Source: Octopus bimaculoides
Lineage: Eukaryota
Assembly (NCBI RefSeq): GCF_001194135.2
Contig: NC_068985.1
Span: forward strand, 9,315,035 to 9,379,034
DNA length: 64,000 nt
Direction of reading: 5' to 3'
Shown here: piece after piece, positions 62,801-64,000 of the stretch
Position numbering within the stretch: position 1 is the first letter of the stretch
How the letters are laid out: every line of letters starts with the position of its first letter
Notes under the pieces: model-generated
What the model saw: only the letters and a program-made list of their open reading frames with translations
Told to the model about the DNA's origin: nothing
Database searches by the model: none
Program-made: the position numbers and the translations under genes

Positions 62801-63299
62801 ATTATTTTATTAAATTCAATACTTATCTATTCACAGGGGAGTATTGTAGTTCGCTTGAAGCATTGTGTATTGTTTGTAAAGAATAAAAAGTTTTGAATGG
62901 TACAACAATGCACAATAATACAAACAATGGGCTATATACCTGTTGTAATTTAGTTATACATAGTCCGATGATATTTCGGAATACAATTCCTTCTTCAGAT
63001 ATTCTTAGCTGGAGTTGCTGCTATAATGTTTTCCAACAGCTCTTTCATCATAACTATGCCGTTGGAAAACAGATTATAGCAGCGACTCTGTCTAAGAATA
63101 TCTGAAGAAAGAATTGTATTCCGAAATATCATCGGACTATGTATAACTAAATTACAACAGGTATATAGCCCATTGTTTGTATTATTGTGCATTGTTGTAC
63201 CATTCAAAACTTTTTATTCTTTACAAACAATACACAATGCTTCAAGCGAACTACAATACTTTCCTGTGAATAGATAAGTATTGAATTTGATAAAATAAT
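62801..63299. repeat. ~500-bp near-perfect palindrome (arms ~240 bp, 17-nt loop)
   Basis: 62801-63040 is the reverse complement of 63058-63299 with few mismatches. The ORF track shows the same peptide on both strands (62893+ and 63207-). Confidence 0.95.
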
Positions 63300-63429
63300 T
63301 AAGTTGACAGCATACAACTACTTCATCGTATCACTACTGCATAAATCTCTCTGAGAGATTTAGAAACGTATTATTTCTAAACATTAAGCATTTCTATAAT
63401 TTTTGAAAGCTAAACTATTATAATTCTTC

Positions 63430-63655
63430 ATCATCATCATCATACGTCTGTTTTCCATGCTAGTATGGGGTGAGCAGTTTGACAGGAGCTGGAAAGGCCA
63501 ACCAGGAGCCACACCGAGTTCCAGTGTCTGTTTTGGCATTGTTTCTAGGAAGGGCATCCAGCTGTAAAAACCATCTCCTGACTTTACCAGTTCCTGTCAA
63601 ACTGTCCAACCCATGCCAGCATGGAAAATAGAAGTTAAATGATGATGTTGATAAC
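63430..63655. repeat. Palindromic fusion of two family D 3' ends
   Basis: ttttccatgctagtatgggg..agtttgacagga versus tcctgtcaaactgtccaacccatgccagcatggaaaa. Confidence 0.75.
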
Positions 63656-63681
63656 TTCTGCACCTTATTTTTTTATAACAG

Positions 63682-63899
63682 TATTTGAGATTCTTCTGCA
63701 ATATACCAAGACTAAAGATTGGAGCAAATCTCTGTTTCAAGTAATTCCTGAAAGAAAGGGCGTCAAGTGTTTGACCAATGAAAATTCCAGGGACAAAACA
63801 GAAGCTGACACTAACATGAAAGCAGATTGTGATAAAACAGATAAAAGGGCTGATTCTGAATCAGCCAAAGATGAAGAACCAACTCAGGTGAAAAGTTAA
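63682..63899 (+). CDS. TRMT10A: TRMT10A coding exon 7 (last)
   Basis: ttataacag|TA completes Val, then FEILLQYTKTKDWSKSLFQVIPERKG...TAA. Total CDS is 951 nt = 316 aa. Confidence 0.95.
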
Positions 63900-64000
63900 T
63901 CTAGAAGAAAATAAAAAACACTTTTCTGTACAAAAAAAAATACATTCATATTTTTATGCCTATTTTTGCTTGTTCTTATTTTAAAGGAATTTGTACATTT

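Noticed and set aside
63639-63681. ATG at 63639 as the start of an 86-aa protein
   Set aside because: The ATGs come from a (GAT)n repeat tail in the intron; the real exon begins at 63682.
47310-63899. Functional link between the tRNA methyltransferase and neighbouring tRNA-derived SINEs
   Set aside because: SINEs are equally dense across the whole window; nothing in the sequence ties TRMT10A activity to them.

Overview
AT-rich, repeat-dense animal scaffold from a draft assembly with many N gaps. The repeat repertoire (tRNA-derived SINEs, abundant (CA)n/(TA)n/(TAA)n tracts, mariners, Helitrons, R4/Dong, RTE and CR1-like LINEs) is what I would expect of an octopus (coleoid cephalopod); this is inference, not a database result. 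Two host genes are supported by splice-consistent exon chains. (1) A minus-strand class A GPCR, melatonin-receptor-like with an NRY motif: CDS 14614-14281 + 8386-7452, 422 aa. (2) A plus-strand TRMT10A/Trm10 tRNA m1G9 methyltransferase: 7 coding exons 47920-63899, 316 aa. Almost all other ORFs in the track are microsatellite, gap or TE artefacts. The most striking non-genic signal is a ~280-bp element in TRMT10A intron 2 (54643-54923, minus) joining a tRNA-like Pol III head to a minimal type-I hammerhead ribozyme of the Penelope type, with an inverted partial tail; a second, degenerate hammerhead-like motif lies at 12578-12615. Other notable structures: a ~500-bp near-perfect palindrome in TRMT10A intron 6, inverted repeats bracketing TRMT10A exon 2, several small TIR elements carrying telomere-like repeats, a same-strand pile-up of R4/Dong fragments in (TAA)n tracts, and a solo LTR near the TRMT10A start. 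All alignments and folds were done by eye; repeat boundaries are approximate unless a TSD or TIR is cited.
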